The notes: generated from the letters alone by a model not told the origin. A stretch of 64,000 bases of DNA from Myxococcota bacterium (GCA_965140415.1 OZ223209.1:2048001-2112000); one strand, 5' to 3'. Shown: positions 42,750-53,930, numbered from the stretch's first letter. Program-made: numbers and translations.

Positions 42750-44449
42750 CAATTAGGTTGGCCACCGCAGCGCAGATGCGCGAAATGGACCGGGTAACCA
42801 TCGAAGAACGCGGTATTGCCGGTGTAGATTTGATGGAAGCCGCCGGGGAAGGCACTTTCCTTGGAATGCAGCAAATCGGGATTCCCGAAGGGGAGATCGC
42901 GATTTTGTGCGGCAGCGGCAATAACGGCGGAGACGGTTTCGTGGTGGCCCGTCACTTGAAGCAGGCTTGGTACAATCCGGTTGTGTATTTGCTGACTGAT
43001 CCCAAAAAGCTAAAGGGCGATGCCCTTACGAATTTCAAGCGCCTGCCCAAAGATGTCGAAACCCTAAAAGTTACAGCAAAAACATTCCCTAAACTCTCCC
43101 GTCGCATACAGCAGTCAACCTGTATTGTAGACGGACTATTGGGTACCGGCTTGCAGCGCGAAGTACAAGGCTTGTATGCGGATGTGATCCGAGTGGCAAA
43201 CGCAGCGGGCGCGTTGCGTATCGCCATCGATATTCCCTCCGGGTTGAATTCCGATACCGGACAGATTATGGGCGTGGTTTTCGATGCGCATCATACGTTT
43301 ACCTACGGCCTGATGAAATTGGGAATGGCGCTTCAACCCGGCGCGAGTCTGTGTGGCGGGCGACATGTGGTGGATATCGGAATTCCGGCGGATGTCGTCA
43401 GGCAGGTCGGAATCTGCGGGGAAGAAATGGAGGAATCCGACTGTATCCGGTGGCTGCGACATCGGGCCTATCTCGCGCACAAACAGTATGTAGATGGTAT
43501 CTGCGTACCGGTGGATACGACGATTCCTGAGGAGCTTTACGAAGAAGAAAACTTGTCCGGAATATTTGATTATGTCGATCGAATGACGCTCCGGGTGGTC
43601 GATTCTCACAAAGGAACGTACGGCCACCTTATGCTAATGGCGGGATCGCCGGGAAAAAGCGGAGCGGCGATTCTAGCGGCGGGTGCCGGGTTGCGCTCCG
43701 GCGTGGGGTTGCTTACTTGCGTAACGGATGCCCAGACGCAGGCAGGCTTGCTTTGCGTGTACCCGGAAGCCATGAGCGAGCTTCACCCCTCATTCCTAAA
43801 AAAAGATCACCTTACAATCTACCGGAAGCTGCGAGAAGGAAAAACGGCACTGGCTGTAGGGCCGGGATTCGGCATTTCCATCAGCAATCATGATGGGTTG
43901 GAGTTCCTGCTAGAAGAATGGTCCGATTTGCCTGCGGTGGTGGATGCCGATGCGCTGACCATGCTGAATGGAAACAGTTTGAATGTGTATCGGGATCGAG
44001 CAAAAAAGGGTGGGGTGACGGTGTTGACGCCGCATCCTGGCGAGGCGGCGTATTTACTGGAAACGACTGCCGCCGACATTCAGGCGGATCGACCGCGCGC
44101 CGCTGCTGAACTGGCGGAGCGTACCCAGGCGATTGTCGTTCTGAAAGGAGCGGGAACGCTGATCACGACGCCGGACGGTTATCACACGATTTGTCCTTTC
44201 GGCAATCCCGGAATGGCGACGGGCGGCATGGGCGATGTGCTGACCGGTTTATTGGGTGGCTTGATCGCAGGTGGCGGCGATGTGTTGCAAAATGTGAAAT
44301 TCGGTGTGTGTCTGCACGCTTGCGCCGGGGATCTGGCTGCGCAAGCCTATGGCCAGCATGGACTGATCGCCGGGGATGTCGTTCAGGGAATCGGAACGGT
44401 TTGGCAGATGTGGGAGTCGGGAGAATATGTTTCGAATTCGGACGAATAG
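42746..44449 (+). CDS. nnr: Bifunctional NAD(P)HX epimerase/dehydratase
   Basis: GSGNNGGDG, DIPSG, SHKGTYG, VDADAL, TPHPGE and ATGGMGDVL. Confidence 0.95.
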   Translation: MTIRLATAAQMREMDRVTIEERGIAGVDLMEAAGEGTFLGMQQIGIPEGEIAILCGSGNNGGDGFVVARHLKQAWYNPVVYLLTDPKKLKGDALTNFKRLPKDVETLKVTAKTFPKLSRRIQQSTCIVDGLLGTGLQREVQGLYADVIRVANAAGALRIAIDIPSGLNSDTGQIMGVVFDAHHTFTYGLMKLGMALQPGASLCGGRHVVDIGIPADVVRQVGICGEEMEESDCIRWLRHRAYLAHKQYVDGICVPVDTTIPEELYEEENLSGIFDYVDRMTLRVVDSHKGTYGHLMLMAGSPGKSGAAILAAGAGLRSGVGLLTCVTDAQTQAGLLCVYPEAMSELHPSFLKKDHLTIYRKLREGKTALAVGPGFGISISNHDGLEFLLEEWSDLPAVVDADALTMLNGNSLNVYRDRAKKGGVTVLTPHPGEAAYLLETTAADIQADRPRAAAELAERTQAIVVLKGAGTLITTPDGYHTICPFGNPGMATGGMGDVLTGLLGGLIAGGGDVLQNVKFGVCLHACAGDLAAQAYGQHGLIAGDVVQGIGTVWQMWESGEYVSNSDE

Positions 44450-44903
44450 TGCAGAAGAAACGCAGCGCATGGGCCGGGAATTGGCCGCACTGCTGCGAGC
44501 CGGAGATGTGCTGGGCCTGATCGGCAGTCTGGGTGCCGGCAAAACGACGCTGGTGCAGGGCATTGCACGAGGGTTGTCATTGCCGGATGGCATTTATGTC
44601 AACTCGCCGACCTTTACCATTGTGAACGACTATCCAACCACACCGCCTCTGATTCACTTCGATTTTTACCGCATCAGCGACCCGGAGGAATTGTACGAAA
44701 TCGGCTTTGACGATGCTTCCCGCTCCGAAGCGATCTGCGTGGTGGAATGGCTGGACAGCGTACCCGATGCCGGATTGGATACGTACCTGCGGATTGAAAT
44801 CGATGGCGACGACGAAACGCGCGAGTTCCGCCTGATTCCCATCGGCGAGGACTGGCAGGGACGCCTGGATGGATGGAGCATGGCGCAGCGTGAGGCATCG
44901 TGA
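44427..44903 (+). CDS. tsaE: tRNA threonylcarbamoyladenosine biosynthesis ATPase
   Basis: LGAGKTT, SPTF, HFDFYR and VEW. Confidence 0.96.
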   Translation: MFRIRTNSAEETQRMGRELAALLRAGDVLGLIGSLGAGKTTLVQGIARGLSLPDGIYVNSPTFTIVNDYPTTPPLIHFDFYRISDPEELYEIGFDDASRSEAICVVEWLDSVPDAGLDTYLRIEIDGDDETREFRLIPIGEDWQGRLDGWSMAQREAS

Positions 44904-45328
44904 GGGAGCGCACCTGGATTGCATTGCTGATTCTGGCTGCGCTTCTAGGGTATTTCATCGGGTATGAACAAGGGAGCAAGCGACTGCCGCCGGTTGCCGT
45001 CGAGAAAGAGGCAACACAGAAAATCGAGCCGCCTTTGCCTGCTGCCGAACCGATATCACAGCGGTTATCCGATTCTTCCAAGCCTGCCACTGAGCGGCAC
45101 GATTCGAAAACGACATCCAAATTGGAAGTAAAGGTCAATCCCAATACCGCCACGATAGGACAACTCACCGATTTGCCCGGTATCGGACCGGTGCTGGCTG
45201 GTCGCATCGTTGCGTCTCGCGAAAAGCTGGGAGCATTTAAAAATCTCTCCGATTTGCAGCGCGTGCAAGGCATCGGACCCAAGCTACTGGAAAAGATCAC
45301 ACCCTTTGTGGTGGTAGGGGAAGAGTAG
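44900..45328 (+). CDS. comEA: ComEA-like helix-hairpin-helix DNA-binding protein
   Basis: N-terminal TM, then VNPNTAT..LTDLPGIGP..A.RIV..R and VQGIGPK. Confidence 0.85.
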   Translation: MRERTWIALLILAALLGYFIGYEQGSKRLPPVAVEKEATQKIEPPLPAAEPISQRLSDSSKPATERHDSKTTSKLEVKVNPNTATIGQLTDLPGIGPVLAGRIVASREKLGAFKNLSDLQRVQGIGPKLLEKITPFVVVGEE

Positions 45329-45342
45329 CGCTACTCCCCCGA

Positions 45343-47169
45343 CTACCTCTCATGCGTAATCACGCCGAGATAAACATCCGGGTCCGAGGTGGAGATGGTG
45401 ATTTTCAGGCTGCCGGTCAGACCGGTTAAATCCAAAAATTTCGCGCTGGTGGAACGGATGACATCCTCGAAGGGATTGATCTGGTATAGTGACACCGCCG
45501 GACCGGAATAGGGAATTTTTTCCGAAATGGACGGGTGGCTGCGCTCGCCGTGAGTCAGAATGCCCACTTCTCCACCGGTCAGGGGATCGATGCGAATGGG
45601 TTCGTAGTTGTAGCGCGAATCGTTGCTTAACTCGGTGCCGTCTGCGATCAGCGTTACCAGCCAGTCGAAGAAGAATTCTTCAAACGGTCGCCCGGTCGCT
45701 TCTTCCAAACTGTCGATGCCGTCTTTTTCCGAAAAGATGAGCTGCTGCAAAAAGTCCGCGCCGCCACCGTCGATCAGACTACCGTCGTCATCCCAGTCAA
45801 AGCCTCCCGCCTGTTCCATCAGATACACCATCAGCATCATTCCCATGCCGCGCTGCGCGATGGAATCGTCGCCACCGGTCAACGAGGTCTGATCGATATC
45901 CTGCAAGAACAACGCCGCAAGGGCGCTGTTGTCCACGCCGTAGCCGCCGATTTCCTCCGAGGCGTGCGCCAGGGCTTCATCTAACCACACGGGGCTGTTG
46001 GTTGCATTCGGATTCGAACCGGTCAGATAGGGCGCCCAGGTATGATTGGTGAAATTCAAGACGTGCTCGTACTCGTGGATGATCGTGGCTTCGATGGAGG
46101 TGATTTCTTCCGGCGATTGCGGCAGGGCCACGTAAATCATGTCGCGTTCGTTACTGGGATAACTGGCGTCGTCGTCGGGAAAGAAGTCGGCGCTGTTAAA
46201 GAAGCCCCAGACTTCCTCGCGGTTGACGTTGTAGCTCAGCAGAACGTGCAGCAGACCGTCGCCGTTGGGATCGGAGAAATCGACTTCTTCACCGTTGTAC
46301 CAGAAAAGCGGACTGCCGAAGAAAAAGCGGTCGCGCGGAACGATTACGTTCTCACAGGCGTTGAGCAATTCATCCAGATCTTCCTCGGAAACGTCGCCGA
46401 CATCCTGCTTGTCGACAAGAATGGCGCAGCGCGTACCACGACGAAGAACGTAGGCGGTCAATTCGCTATGAATGGACCAGCCGTCGAAATACAGATTGGC
46501 TCTATCCGTGCAGATGCCGTTCTCGCAGATTTCCAAGCTGCCACATTCCGTGCTCAACGTGCAACCGCCCGCTTTGAAACGAGGGGTGGAACGTCGCGCG
46601 CGTGATTTGCCGTCGCTCCATAGTGCCTTTTGGCGCACTCTTTGGTACCGGTCGAAGTCGAACTGCCGGGGACGATCCTGCAAGCGGGGCGACTGAAACA
46701 CCTTGTCCGTTTTTGAGAAAGTGGTTGGACTGGCAGTCGCGGGAATCGAACCGGTGAAGGTTGACGTCGCTCCCGATCCGGAACCGCTTCCCTTTAAGAG
46801 ACTGGGATCGAAGTCGCCCTGTACCTTGATTTCATAGGCGATATCCTGATTACTTGGCGAGGTTTGAAAGGGAACCAGATACAGCGTGTTCTTGCCGACA
46901 TCGAGGTAAAAGGAACTGCGCTCTTGTGCATTGTGAAACAGAAACGACAGGGTAGAGGAACTACAGCCGCCATCCAGGCAGATTTCGTTGCTTTCCGAGC
47001 AGTTGTCCTGGCTGTAGAATACGCCGTCGGAGCAGATTGCCGCTGATCCGTCGTAGCAACCGGCTTCTCCTTCATCCGAGCAACTGAAAGGACTGTAAGT
47101 GTCTTCTTCACAGGCGATTTGTAGCAATCCGATCAGCAACACGATGAAAAGGATCTGAATTTGTCGCAT
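45343..47169 (-). CDS. Zinc metallopeptidase lipoprotein (gluzincin, M30-like) with Cys-rich modules
   Basis: Lipobox QIAC, TIIHEYEHVLN...WLDEALAH and two small Cys-rich repeats. Confidence 0.72.
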   Translation of the reverse strand: MRQIQILFIVLLIGLLQIACEEDTYSPFSCSDEGEAGCYDGSAAICSDGVFYSQDNCSESNEICLDGGCSSSTLSFLFHNAQERSSFYLDVGKNTLYLVPFQTSPSNQDIAYEIKVQGDFDPSLLKGSGSGSGATSTFTGSIPATASPTTFSKTDKVFQSPRLQDRPRQFDFDRYQRVRQKALWSDGKSRARRSTPRFKAGGCTLSTECGSLEICENGICTDRANLYFDGWSIHSELTAYVLRRGTRCAILVDKQDVGDVSEEDLDELLNACENVIVPRDRFFFGSPLFWYNGEEVDFSDPNGDGLLHVLLSYNVNREEVWGFFNSADFFPDDDASYPSNERDMIYVALPQSPEEITSIEATIIHEYEHVLNFTNHTWAPYLTGSNPNATNSPVWLDEALAHASEEIGGYGVDNSALAALFLQDIDQTSLTGGDDSIAQRGMGMMLMVYLMEQAGGFDWDDDGSLIDGGGADFLQQLIFSEKDGIDSLEEATGRPFEEFFFDWLVTLIADGTELSNDSRYNYEPIRIDPLTGGEVGILTHGERSHPSISEKIPYSGPAVSLYQINPFEDVIRSTSAKFLDLTGLTGSLKITISTSDPDVYLGVITHER

Positions 47170-47303
47170 GATTGAACTCTCGTTAAAGAAAAAGTGTTAT
47201 GTGGTCGAAGGTTGTAAGTCTGACATATTCATAACGATATAGGAAAGAGAGGTTTCTGTACAATCTTATTGCGATTGTTTTTCACTGAAACTAAAGTACG
47301 ACT

Positions 47304-48488
47304 ATGAAAACCGGTGAGATTGCAAATAACTGGCGATGTGGGGTCTACATTCACTGGCCGTATTGCGAGCGCAAGTGCCCCTACTGCGACTTTCACTCCG
47401 TCGTGTCTGGAAATAAAAGTGATTCCAGTATGATAGAAGCGATGTTGTCCGAGCTTCGTTTGCGCTCGCCAGCCTTTACACAATATCCATTGGAATCGGT
47501 TTACATCGGCGGTGGGACGCCATCGTTGATGCGCCCGGAGGATATCCGGCAATTGTTACAGGCTATCGAAGATTGCTGGTCGGCCAAGGCTCAGGAAGTA
47601 ACGGTGGAAGTCAATCCGCATTCTGCAATAGACGGCTTTTTGCAACAAATACGAGAGGTTGGTGTAAATCGACTTTCCATCGGCGTGCAAAGCTTCAATG
47701 ATGCTGTTCTCCGGTTTCTGGGGCGCTTGCATGACGCTAGGCAGGCTCGTCAAGCCATTGAAAGTGCCCGTGCCGCTGGTTTCGATAACTTGAGTCTGGA
47801 TCTGATTCTGGCCAGCCATGTTTCCAGCCCCATGACTTTGGAAAACGACCTTGAGTCGATAGCCGAGTATGCCCCAGAGCACGTTTCGGCGTATTTATTA
47901 ACGATAGAGGAAAACACGCCTTTCGGTCGAAGCCAGGCGAAAGGAAAGAAACTCGTACTGGAGGAAGACGAAGCCATCGGGCAATGGCTGCGCTGTCGGG
48001 ATCGCCTGGCGGAATTGGGATATTCTCAGTACGAAGTGTCAAACTATGCCAGACCGGGATTTCGTTCCCGGCACAACCAGCTTTATTGGTCCGGGGATGC
48101 CTACTTGGGACTAGGACCGGGGGCGCATAGCTATCATCCAATAAGCTCACAACATCCGGCCACGCGAACGGAAAACTTGAAAGATCATGATAAGTATATC
48201 CAAAGCTGGAATCTTCCAGAACCGGCGTTTGAGTATGAAGAGCAGCTACTCAAAGAAGATTTGCAGCGTGAAACCATATTGACTGGGTTACGGCGTCTTG
48301 AAGGTATCGGAGAGCAGGAGTTCTATTTTCGAACAGGTACGGAGTTACTTGAAAGTTACGGAGAGGCAATCGAGCGGCTTTGCCAACGCGGGTTGCTTTA
48401 CTGGGATGGAGCGGCAAAAGAGAGGCGGATTTGTCCCACATCTCAAGGGGTACTTTTACTCAATGATGTGCTTGTAGAGTTTTTTTAA
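47304..48488 (+). CDS. hemW: Radical SAM heme chaperone HemW
   Basis: YIHWPYCERKCPYCDF, GGGTPS, YEVSNYA and HNQLYW. Upstream of grpE-dnaK. Confidence 0.92.
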   Translation: MKTGEIANNWRCGVYIHWPYCERKCPYCDFHSVVSGNKSDSSMIEAMLSELRLRSPAFTQYPLESVYIGGGTPSLMRPEDIRQLLQAIEDCWSAKAQEVTVEVNPHSAIDGFLQQIREVGVNRLSIGVQSFNDAVLRFLGRLHDARQARQAIESARAAGFDNLSLDLILASHVSSPMTLENDLESIAEYAPEHVSAYLLTIEENTPFGRSQAKGKKLVLEEDEAIGQWLRCRDRLAELGYSQYEVSNYARPGFRSRHNQLYWSGDAYLGLGPGAHSYHPISSQHPATRTENLKDHDKYIQSWNLPEPAFEYEEQLLKEDLQRETILTGLRRLEGIGEQEFYFRTGTELLESYGEAIERLCQRGLLYWDGAAKERRICPTSQGVLLLNDVLVEFF

Positions 48489-48497
48489 GTGCATTTC

Positions 48498-48526
48498 TTG
48501 ACATGCGTAATTTCATTGAATAATCT
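48498..48526 (+). promoter_or_regulatory. sigma70-like promoter of grpE-dnaK-dnaJ
   Basis: TTGACA-17 bp-TAATCT. Confidence 0.6.
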
Positions 48527-48605
48527 CTCTGGATGGTAGTAGCCGGCGAAGCTCTGTCTTTCGCTCGGAAATTAGTCGTTCAATTCGTGTAGAGTGAGGA
48601 ATCAG

Positions 48606-49742
48606 TTGACGAACAAGAAGCGTGCTCCAAAATCAACGGAAATCAATCTGGAAGACATGGACGAGCATTTCCAGGATCTGGATTCGCTGGCAAGTGCTCT
48701 GAACAACGCTTTACAGGATGCTGACAAGGTCTTGAGCAAAGGGCGGACTAGCGAGGAAGGAACTCCTGAAACTGCGCCTGCTCAAACCGATCCATCAGAC
48801 AACGAAACGCAGATCCTGTCCGGCGAAGAAACGATTCCGATAGAGATCGACGAGAGTATCGATGTCATGGAAAAGCTGGGCGAAGAAATGGTCGCTGAAA
48901 ATACCGGTGATAGCGAAGTAATCGAGATCGAAGAAGCGGAAATAGAAGTTGCACCGGAAGTTGAAGAGGTTGTTGTGGAAGAACCCGAATCTGAAGTGGT
49001 TCAAGAGGCGAAACCGGTAGAAGAAGAGCCGAAAAAAGAAAGCCCGGCCCCGATGGGATTGGCGGATCTTCCCGATGAAGAGCAGGAAGAAGACGACCCG
49101 CAAGAAGACTCGAAATCGGGCAGCGCACGCGAGGAAGAGTTGTACGAACGCCTGTTGCGCAACATGGCGGATTTCGAGAACTATAAAAAGCGCGTCAACC
49201 GGGACAAAGAAGACCTGCGGCGTTTCGCCAATGAAGATATCATCATGCAATTGCTGCCGGTGATGGACAACTTTGAACGCGCCATCACTCATGTGAAAGA
49301 ATCGAAGGATATTCGGGCCTTGCTGGAAGGCGTCAATATGATATTCCGGCAAATTCGGGAAATCCTTAAGAAATACGGTGTTCGAAGTTTCGAAAGCATT
49401 GGCAAGCCCTTCGATCCTACCAAACATCAGGCGGTATCGCTTCGTGAAACCGCAGAAACGCTGCCAAACACTATTCTGGAAGAATTCCAGCGCGGATACT
49501 TTCTACATGATCGTCTGATCCGTCCGGCGATGGTTGTGGTATCATCTGCGGCGGAAGGCGAAAGTGGTAAAAAAGAATCCGAATCGGCGCAAGCCGAGGA
49601 GGTGGTTGAGGAACTGGAAGAATTGTCACCGCTGGAAGCTGAGGACGAGGCTGATGGGGCAGATACGGAAGCCGTCGACTCCCAGCAGGAGGATGACTCC
49701 GATCAAGAAGGCGAACTTGAGGAATTGGAACCAATTTCATAG
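48606..49742 (+). CDS. grpE: Nucleotide exchange factor GrpE with long acidic extensions
   Basis: ADFENYKKR, LLPVMDNFERA, FDPTKHQAV and RLIRPAMVVV. Start is 48594 or 48606. Confidence 0.93.
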   Translation: MTNKKRAPKSTEINLEDMDEHFQDLDSLASALNNALQDADKVLSKGRTSEEGTPETAPAQTDPSDNETQILSGEETIPIEIDESIDVMEKLGEEMVAENTGDSEVIEIEEAEIEVAPEVEEVVVEEPESEVVQEAKPVEEEPKKESPAPMGLADLPDEEQEEDDPQEDSKSGSAREEELYERLLRNMADFENYKKRVNRDKEDLRRFANEDIIMQLLPVMDNFERAITHVKESKDIRALLEGVNMIFRQIREILKKYGVRSFESIGKPFDPTKHQAVSLRETAETLPNTILEEFQRGYFLHDRLIRPAMVVVSSAAEGESGKKESESAQAEEVVEELEELSPLEAEDEADGADTEAVDSQQEDDSDQEGELEELEPIS

Positions 49743-49831
49743 TAGATATCAAAGTTTAAAGTAGCAGAAGAGCTGATGACTCCAGGAACTGCCGATTCCG
49801 GGAGCCTTTTTTGACACGGCAAGGAGACACC

Positions 49832-51709
49832 ATGAGCAAAATTATCGGGATTGATTTGGGGACAACCAACTCGTGCGTAGCAGTGATGGAATCGCAAGAT
49901 CCGGTTGTAATAGCAAATTCCGAAGGTTCTCGCACCACCCCGTCTATGGTTGCCATTACCGAGCAGGGGGAGCGGCTGGTCGGTCAGATCGCCAAGCGGC
50001 AATCGATTACGAATCCCGAAAATACCATATTCTCGATCAAGCGACTGGTCGGGCGTCATTTCGATTCACCGGAAGTGCAAAAAGCCACCAAGATGGTTTC
50101 CTACAATATCACCAAGGCGGAGAATGGGGATGCCTGGGTGAAGATTCTGGACAAGCAGTTCAGTCCGCCTGAAATTTCCGCCATGGTTTTGCAGAAAATG
50201 AAGCAGACGGCGGAAGACTACCTTGGCGAGCCGGTCACCGATGCCGTGATTACGGTTCCTGCATACTTCAATGACAGTCAACGGCAGGCGACCAAGGACG
50301 CGGGTAAAATCGCGGGTCTGAACGTTATGCGTATCATCAACGAGCCCACGGCTGCTGCATTGGCTTATGGCTTGGATAAAGAAGAAAAAGAGCGAATTGC
50401 GGTATACGATCTCGGCGGCGGCACCTTCGATATTTCCATTCTTGAGTTAAGTGATGGCGTGTTCGAGGTGTTGGCTACCAATGGCGATACCTTCTTGGGT
50501 GGCGAGGATTTCGACCAGCGCATCATCGATTGGATGTCGGACGAGTTCAAGCGCCAATATGGCATCGATCTGCGTAGCGATCGCATGGCCTTGCAGCGCC
50601 TCAAAGAGGCGGCTGAATCCGCCAAGCACGAGTTGTCCACCTCGCAGGAGACGGAAATCAACTTGCCGTTTATTACGGCGGACGCTTCCGGTCCCAAGCA
50701 TCTGCATTTGCAGTTGACTCGCGCCAAAATGGAAACTTTGGTGGAGGATCTGGTGGAACGTACCATCGATCCTTGCAAATTGGCTCTAAAAGACGCCGGG
50801 ATTACAACAGAGTCGATCACCCAGGTTATCCTGGTTGGTGGTATGACTCGTATGCCGAAAGTGCAGCAACGGGTCTCCGAGTTCTTCAAGAAGCAGCCGT
50901 ATAAGGGCGTCAATCCGGATGAAGTGGTGGCCATCGGCGCATCGATTCAGGGCGGCGTTTTGAAGGGTGATGTCAAAGATGTGCTGCTGCTGGATGTGAC
51001 CCCGTTGTCCTTGGGTATTGAAACACTGGGTGGCGTTTTCACCAAGCTGATCGAACGCAACACAACCATCCCGACGACCAAGAGTCAGGTGTTTTCAACC
51101 GCTTCGGACAATCAGCCGGCGGTTAGTGTGCATGTCTTGCAGGGTGAGCGCGAAATGGCCGTCGATAATAAAACGCTGGCCAGATTCGAATTGGTGGGTA
51201 TTCCGCCTGCACCTCGCGGAGTGCCTCAGATCGAAGTTACGTTCAACATCGACGCCAACGGCATTTTGAATGTCTCCGCCAAGGATTTGGGAACCGGCAA
51301 AGAGCAGGCGATTCGCATTACCGCCTCCTCCGGCCTGTCCGAAGACGAAATCAATCGGATGGTATCGGATGCCGAATTGCAGAAAGATGCCGATCAGCGC
51401 AAGCTGCAACTGGCGGAATTGCGCAATGACGCAGATACGCTCATGTATACCACCGAGCGCGCCTTGAAAGATTACGCCGACCAGATCGATGCGGAAGATC
51501 GGGTGGATATCGAACTGGGCTTGAAAGAACTGCGAGTGGCCTTGGATACCAATGATGGGAATACCATCCAGATGGCCATTGCTAAACTGTCCGATTCCTC
51601 TCATAAAATTGCGGATATGATGTACGCGGAAGCTTCGCGTGTGGCGGAGGAAGCCAGTTTCGCCAGCAGTGCGGATATGCCGGAAGATGAGAACGGCGGA
51701 AAAGAGTAA
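49832..51709 (+). CDS. dnaK: Chaperone DnaK
   Basis: [26 protein letters not shown] and [13 protein letters not shown]. Confidence 0.99.
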   Translation: MSKIIGIDLGTTNSCVAVMESQDPVVIANSEGSRTTPSMVAITEQGERLVGQIAKRQSITNPENTIFSIKRLVGRHFDSPEVQKATKMVSYNITKAENGDAWVKILDKQFSPPEISAMVLQKMKQTAEDYLGEPVTDAVITVPAYFNDSQRQATKDAGKIAGLNVMRIINEPTAAALAYGLDKEEKERIAVYDLGGGTFDISILELSDGVFEVLATNGDTFLGGEDFDQRIIDWMSDEFKRQYGIDLRSDRMALQRLKEAAESAKHELSTSQETEINLPFITADASGPKHLHLQLTRAKMETLVEDLVERTIDPCKLALKDAGITTESITQVILVGGMTRMPKVQQRVSEFFKKQPYKGVNPDEVVAIGASIQGGVLKGDVKDVLLLDVTPLSLGIETLGGVFTKLIERNTTIPTTKSQVFSTASDNQPAVSVHVLQGEREMAVDNKTLARFELVGIPPAPRGVPQIEVTFNIDANGILNVSAKDLGTGKEQAIRITASSGLSEDEINRMVSDAELQKDADQRKLQLAELRNDADTLMYTTERALKDYADQIDAEDRVDIELGLKELRVALDTNDGNTIQMAIAKLSDSSHKIADMMYAEASRVAEEASFASSADMPEDENGGKE

Positions 51710-51768
51710 AAACAATTTTCCGCTTGTTACTTGCCAGGCTCAGAAGATCTTTGCTGACGCTGGCGATG

Positions 51769-51870
51769 GCGACAGCCGGGAGGCTGTCGCGGTAAAAATT
51801 GTATCGATGAGAATTTGTTGTTTCTTGGGGGTTAGCCGGATGCTATAAGCATCCCGGCTGTTTTTGTTTT
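51769..51870 (+). terminator. Two hairpins between dnaK and dnaJ, the second terminator-like
   Basis: GCGACAGCC-ggga-GGCTGTCGC, then AGCCGGATGCT-ata-AGCATCCCGGCT followed by GTTTTTGTTTT. Confidence 0.55.
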
Positions 51871-51902
51871 CGACCCCGAGAAAGATACTAGAGGTTAAAG
51901 AA

Positions 51903-53048
51903 GTGGCACCTGAGAAGCGAGACTATTACGAAGTATTGGGCGTTGGGCGGGATGCAAGTGCAGAGGAGATCAAGAAGGCATTCCGTAAAATGGCGGTCAA
52001 GTACCATCCCGACCGTAACAAGGAAGAGGGCGCGGAAGAAAAGTTCAAGGAAGTTGCAGAAGCTTACGATGTGCTGTCCAATGCCAGTAAGCGCCAAACC
52101 TACGATCGTTTCGGTCATGCCGGAAAAAGCCGTGGTTTCGGTGGGTTCGATTTCGATTTCAATTCGTTCACCCAAAGCAGCGCGTTTTCGGACATCTTCG
52201 GCGATATCTTTGGCGATATCTTTGGTGGTGGCGGTTTCGGAGGCAGGCGCAGTTCCGCGCGTCGCGGACACGATCTGCGCTACGATCTGGAATTGGACAT
52301 GCTTGAAGCGGCGCAAGGTTGCGACAAGGAAATCGAAGTTCCCAGAATGGAAACCTGCAATACCTGTAGCGGTTCCGGTGCGCGCCCAGGATCGTCTCCT
52401 ACGACCTGCTCACGCTGCGGCGGTTCGGGACAGATTCGCATGCAGCAGGGCTTCTTTTCCGTTGTGCGTACGTGCAGTGAATGCGGCGGCGCCGGGCGTG
52501 TAATCAAAGATCCCTGCGCGGATTGTCATGGTCGAGGGCAGGTAGAAGTAACCCGTAAACTGAGTGTAACACTTCCTGCGGGCATCGATCATGGACAGCG
52601 GCTGAAGTTGCAGGGAGAAGGCGAAGCCGGAATCGGTGGAGGTCCGCGCGGTAGCTTGTATGTGGTGGTCAGTATTCGCCCGCACGAGTTTTTCAAGCGC
52701 GCCGACGATGATATTTACATCGAAGTTCCCATCAGTTTCGGTCAGGCCGCTTTGGGAGCCAAGATCGACGTACCCACGCTTGAGGGCAAACACTCTCTGA
52801 AAATCCCAGCCGGAACGCAGCCGGGAGCGCAATTCACCTTAAAGGGGAAGGGCGTTCAGCATTTAGGCGGTTTTGGAAAAGGGGATCAGCATGTGCACGT
52901 ACAGGTGGAAGTTCCCGTTCATTTGAGCAAGGAACAGAAGGAATTGATTGAAAAATTCGATCAATCCTGTTGCGAAAGCAGTGACAAGGCCCATCCGCAG
53001 CAGACCAGCTTTTTCGAGAAGGTAAAGCAGTTTTTTAGCGTGGAATAG
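51903..53048 (+). CDS. dnaJ: Chaperone DnaJ
   Basis: [13 protein letters not shown] region and four CxxCxGxG repeats. Confidence 0.99.
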   Translation: MAPEKRDYYEVLGVGRDASAEEIKKAFRKMAVKYHPDRNKEEGAEEKFKEVAEAYDVLSNASKRQTYDRFGHAGKSRGFGGFDFDFNSFTQSSAFSDIFGDIFGDIFGGGGFGGRRSSARRGHDLRYDLELDMLEAAQGCDKEIEVPRMETCNTCSGSGARPGSSPTTCSRCGGSGQIRMQQGFFSVVRTCSECGGAGRVIKDPCADCHGRGQVEVTRKLSVTLPAGIDHGQRLKLQGEGEAGIGGGPRGSLYVVVSIRPHEFFKRADDDIYIEVPISFGQAALGAKIDVPTLEGKHSLKIPAGTQPGAQFTLKGKGVQHLGGFGKGDQHVHVQVEVPVHLSKEQKELIEKFDQSCCESSDKAHPQQTSFFEKVKQFFSVE

Positions 53049-53111
53049 GCTTCGGGATTTCGTCATTTCGAGAATGACAAAGTGATTTTAGCCGCTCCGG
53101 ATTGGATGCGG

Positions 53112-53930
53112 CTATTTTTCTGCCTGCTTGGCCTTTTGCCAAAGAGCCTCCAATTGATCGACGCTCGCTTCATCCAGGGGGATTTCCGCTTTCGCCAGTT
53201 CTTTTTCGATGGATCCGAAACGCCGCCGGAATTTGCTCATCGTGCGCGTCAAGGCATCGTGTGAACGAATGCCCAGCTTGCGGCCCACGTTCACCAGCGT
53301 GAACAGGGTGTCGCCCAACTCATCTTCCAATCGTTCCTGCGATTCTCCCAGCATAATCGCTTCTTTCAATTCCGCGACTTCCTCATCCAGCTTGTCCAGC
53401 ACGTCTTCCGGTTTTTCCCATTCAAAGCCGACGGCCACTGCTCGTTCGGAGATGCGCAGCGCCTGTAGCAAGGGCGGCAGGCTGCGCGGGACGCCTTCCA
53501 GGATGGATTCTGCCGGTTTTTCTCCGCCGTTCTTTTCTTTCTTCTCTTCCGCTTTCAACTTTGCCCAGCGTCCAGGAACTTCCTCCGCCTCGTGGACGAT
53601 CTCATCGCCGAATACGTGTGGATGACGACGGATCAGCTTATCGTGAATCGAACGGATCGAGTCGTATACGGAAAACCATCCGGCTTCTTGTGCAATGCGG
53701 GCGAGGAAACAGACTTCAAACAGCACGTCTCCAAGCTCTTCCTTGATCGCCTCCGGGTCGCGCTCGTCGATGGCTTGCAGCGCCTCATGCACCTCTTCCA
53801 GGAAATAGTCCTTGATCGACATCATGTTTTGCTTGCGATCCCAGGGACAGCCATTCTCGCCGCGCAGGCGGGCCATGATCTCTACCAGATCGTCGAAACC
53901 GATCGTTTCTTTTGTTTCACTTCCAGACAT
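53112..53930 (-). CDS. mazG: Nucleoside triphosphate pyrophosphohydrolase MazG
   Basis: LRGENGCPWD, EELGDVL, KLIRRHPHVF and DELGD. Confidence 0.96.
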   Translation of the reverse strand: MSGSETKETIGFDDLVEIMARLRGENGCPWDRKQNMMSIKDYFLEEVHEALQAIDERDPEAIKEELGDVLFEVCFLARIAQEAGWFSVYDSIRSIHDKLIRRHPHVFGDEIVHEAEEVPGRWAKLKAEEKKEKNGGEKPAESILEGVPRSLPPLLQALRISERAVAVGFEWEKPEDVLDKLDEEVAELKEAIMLGESQERLEDELGDTLFTLVNVGRKLGIRSHDALTRTMSKFRRRFGSIEKELAKAEIPLDEASVDQLEALWQKAKQAEK

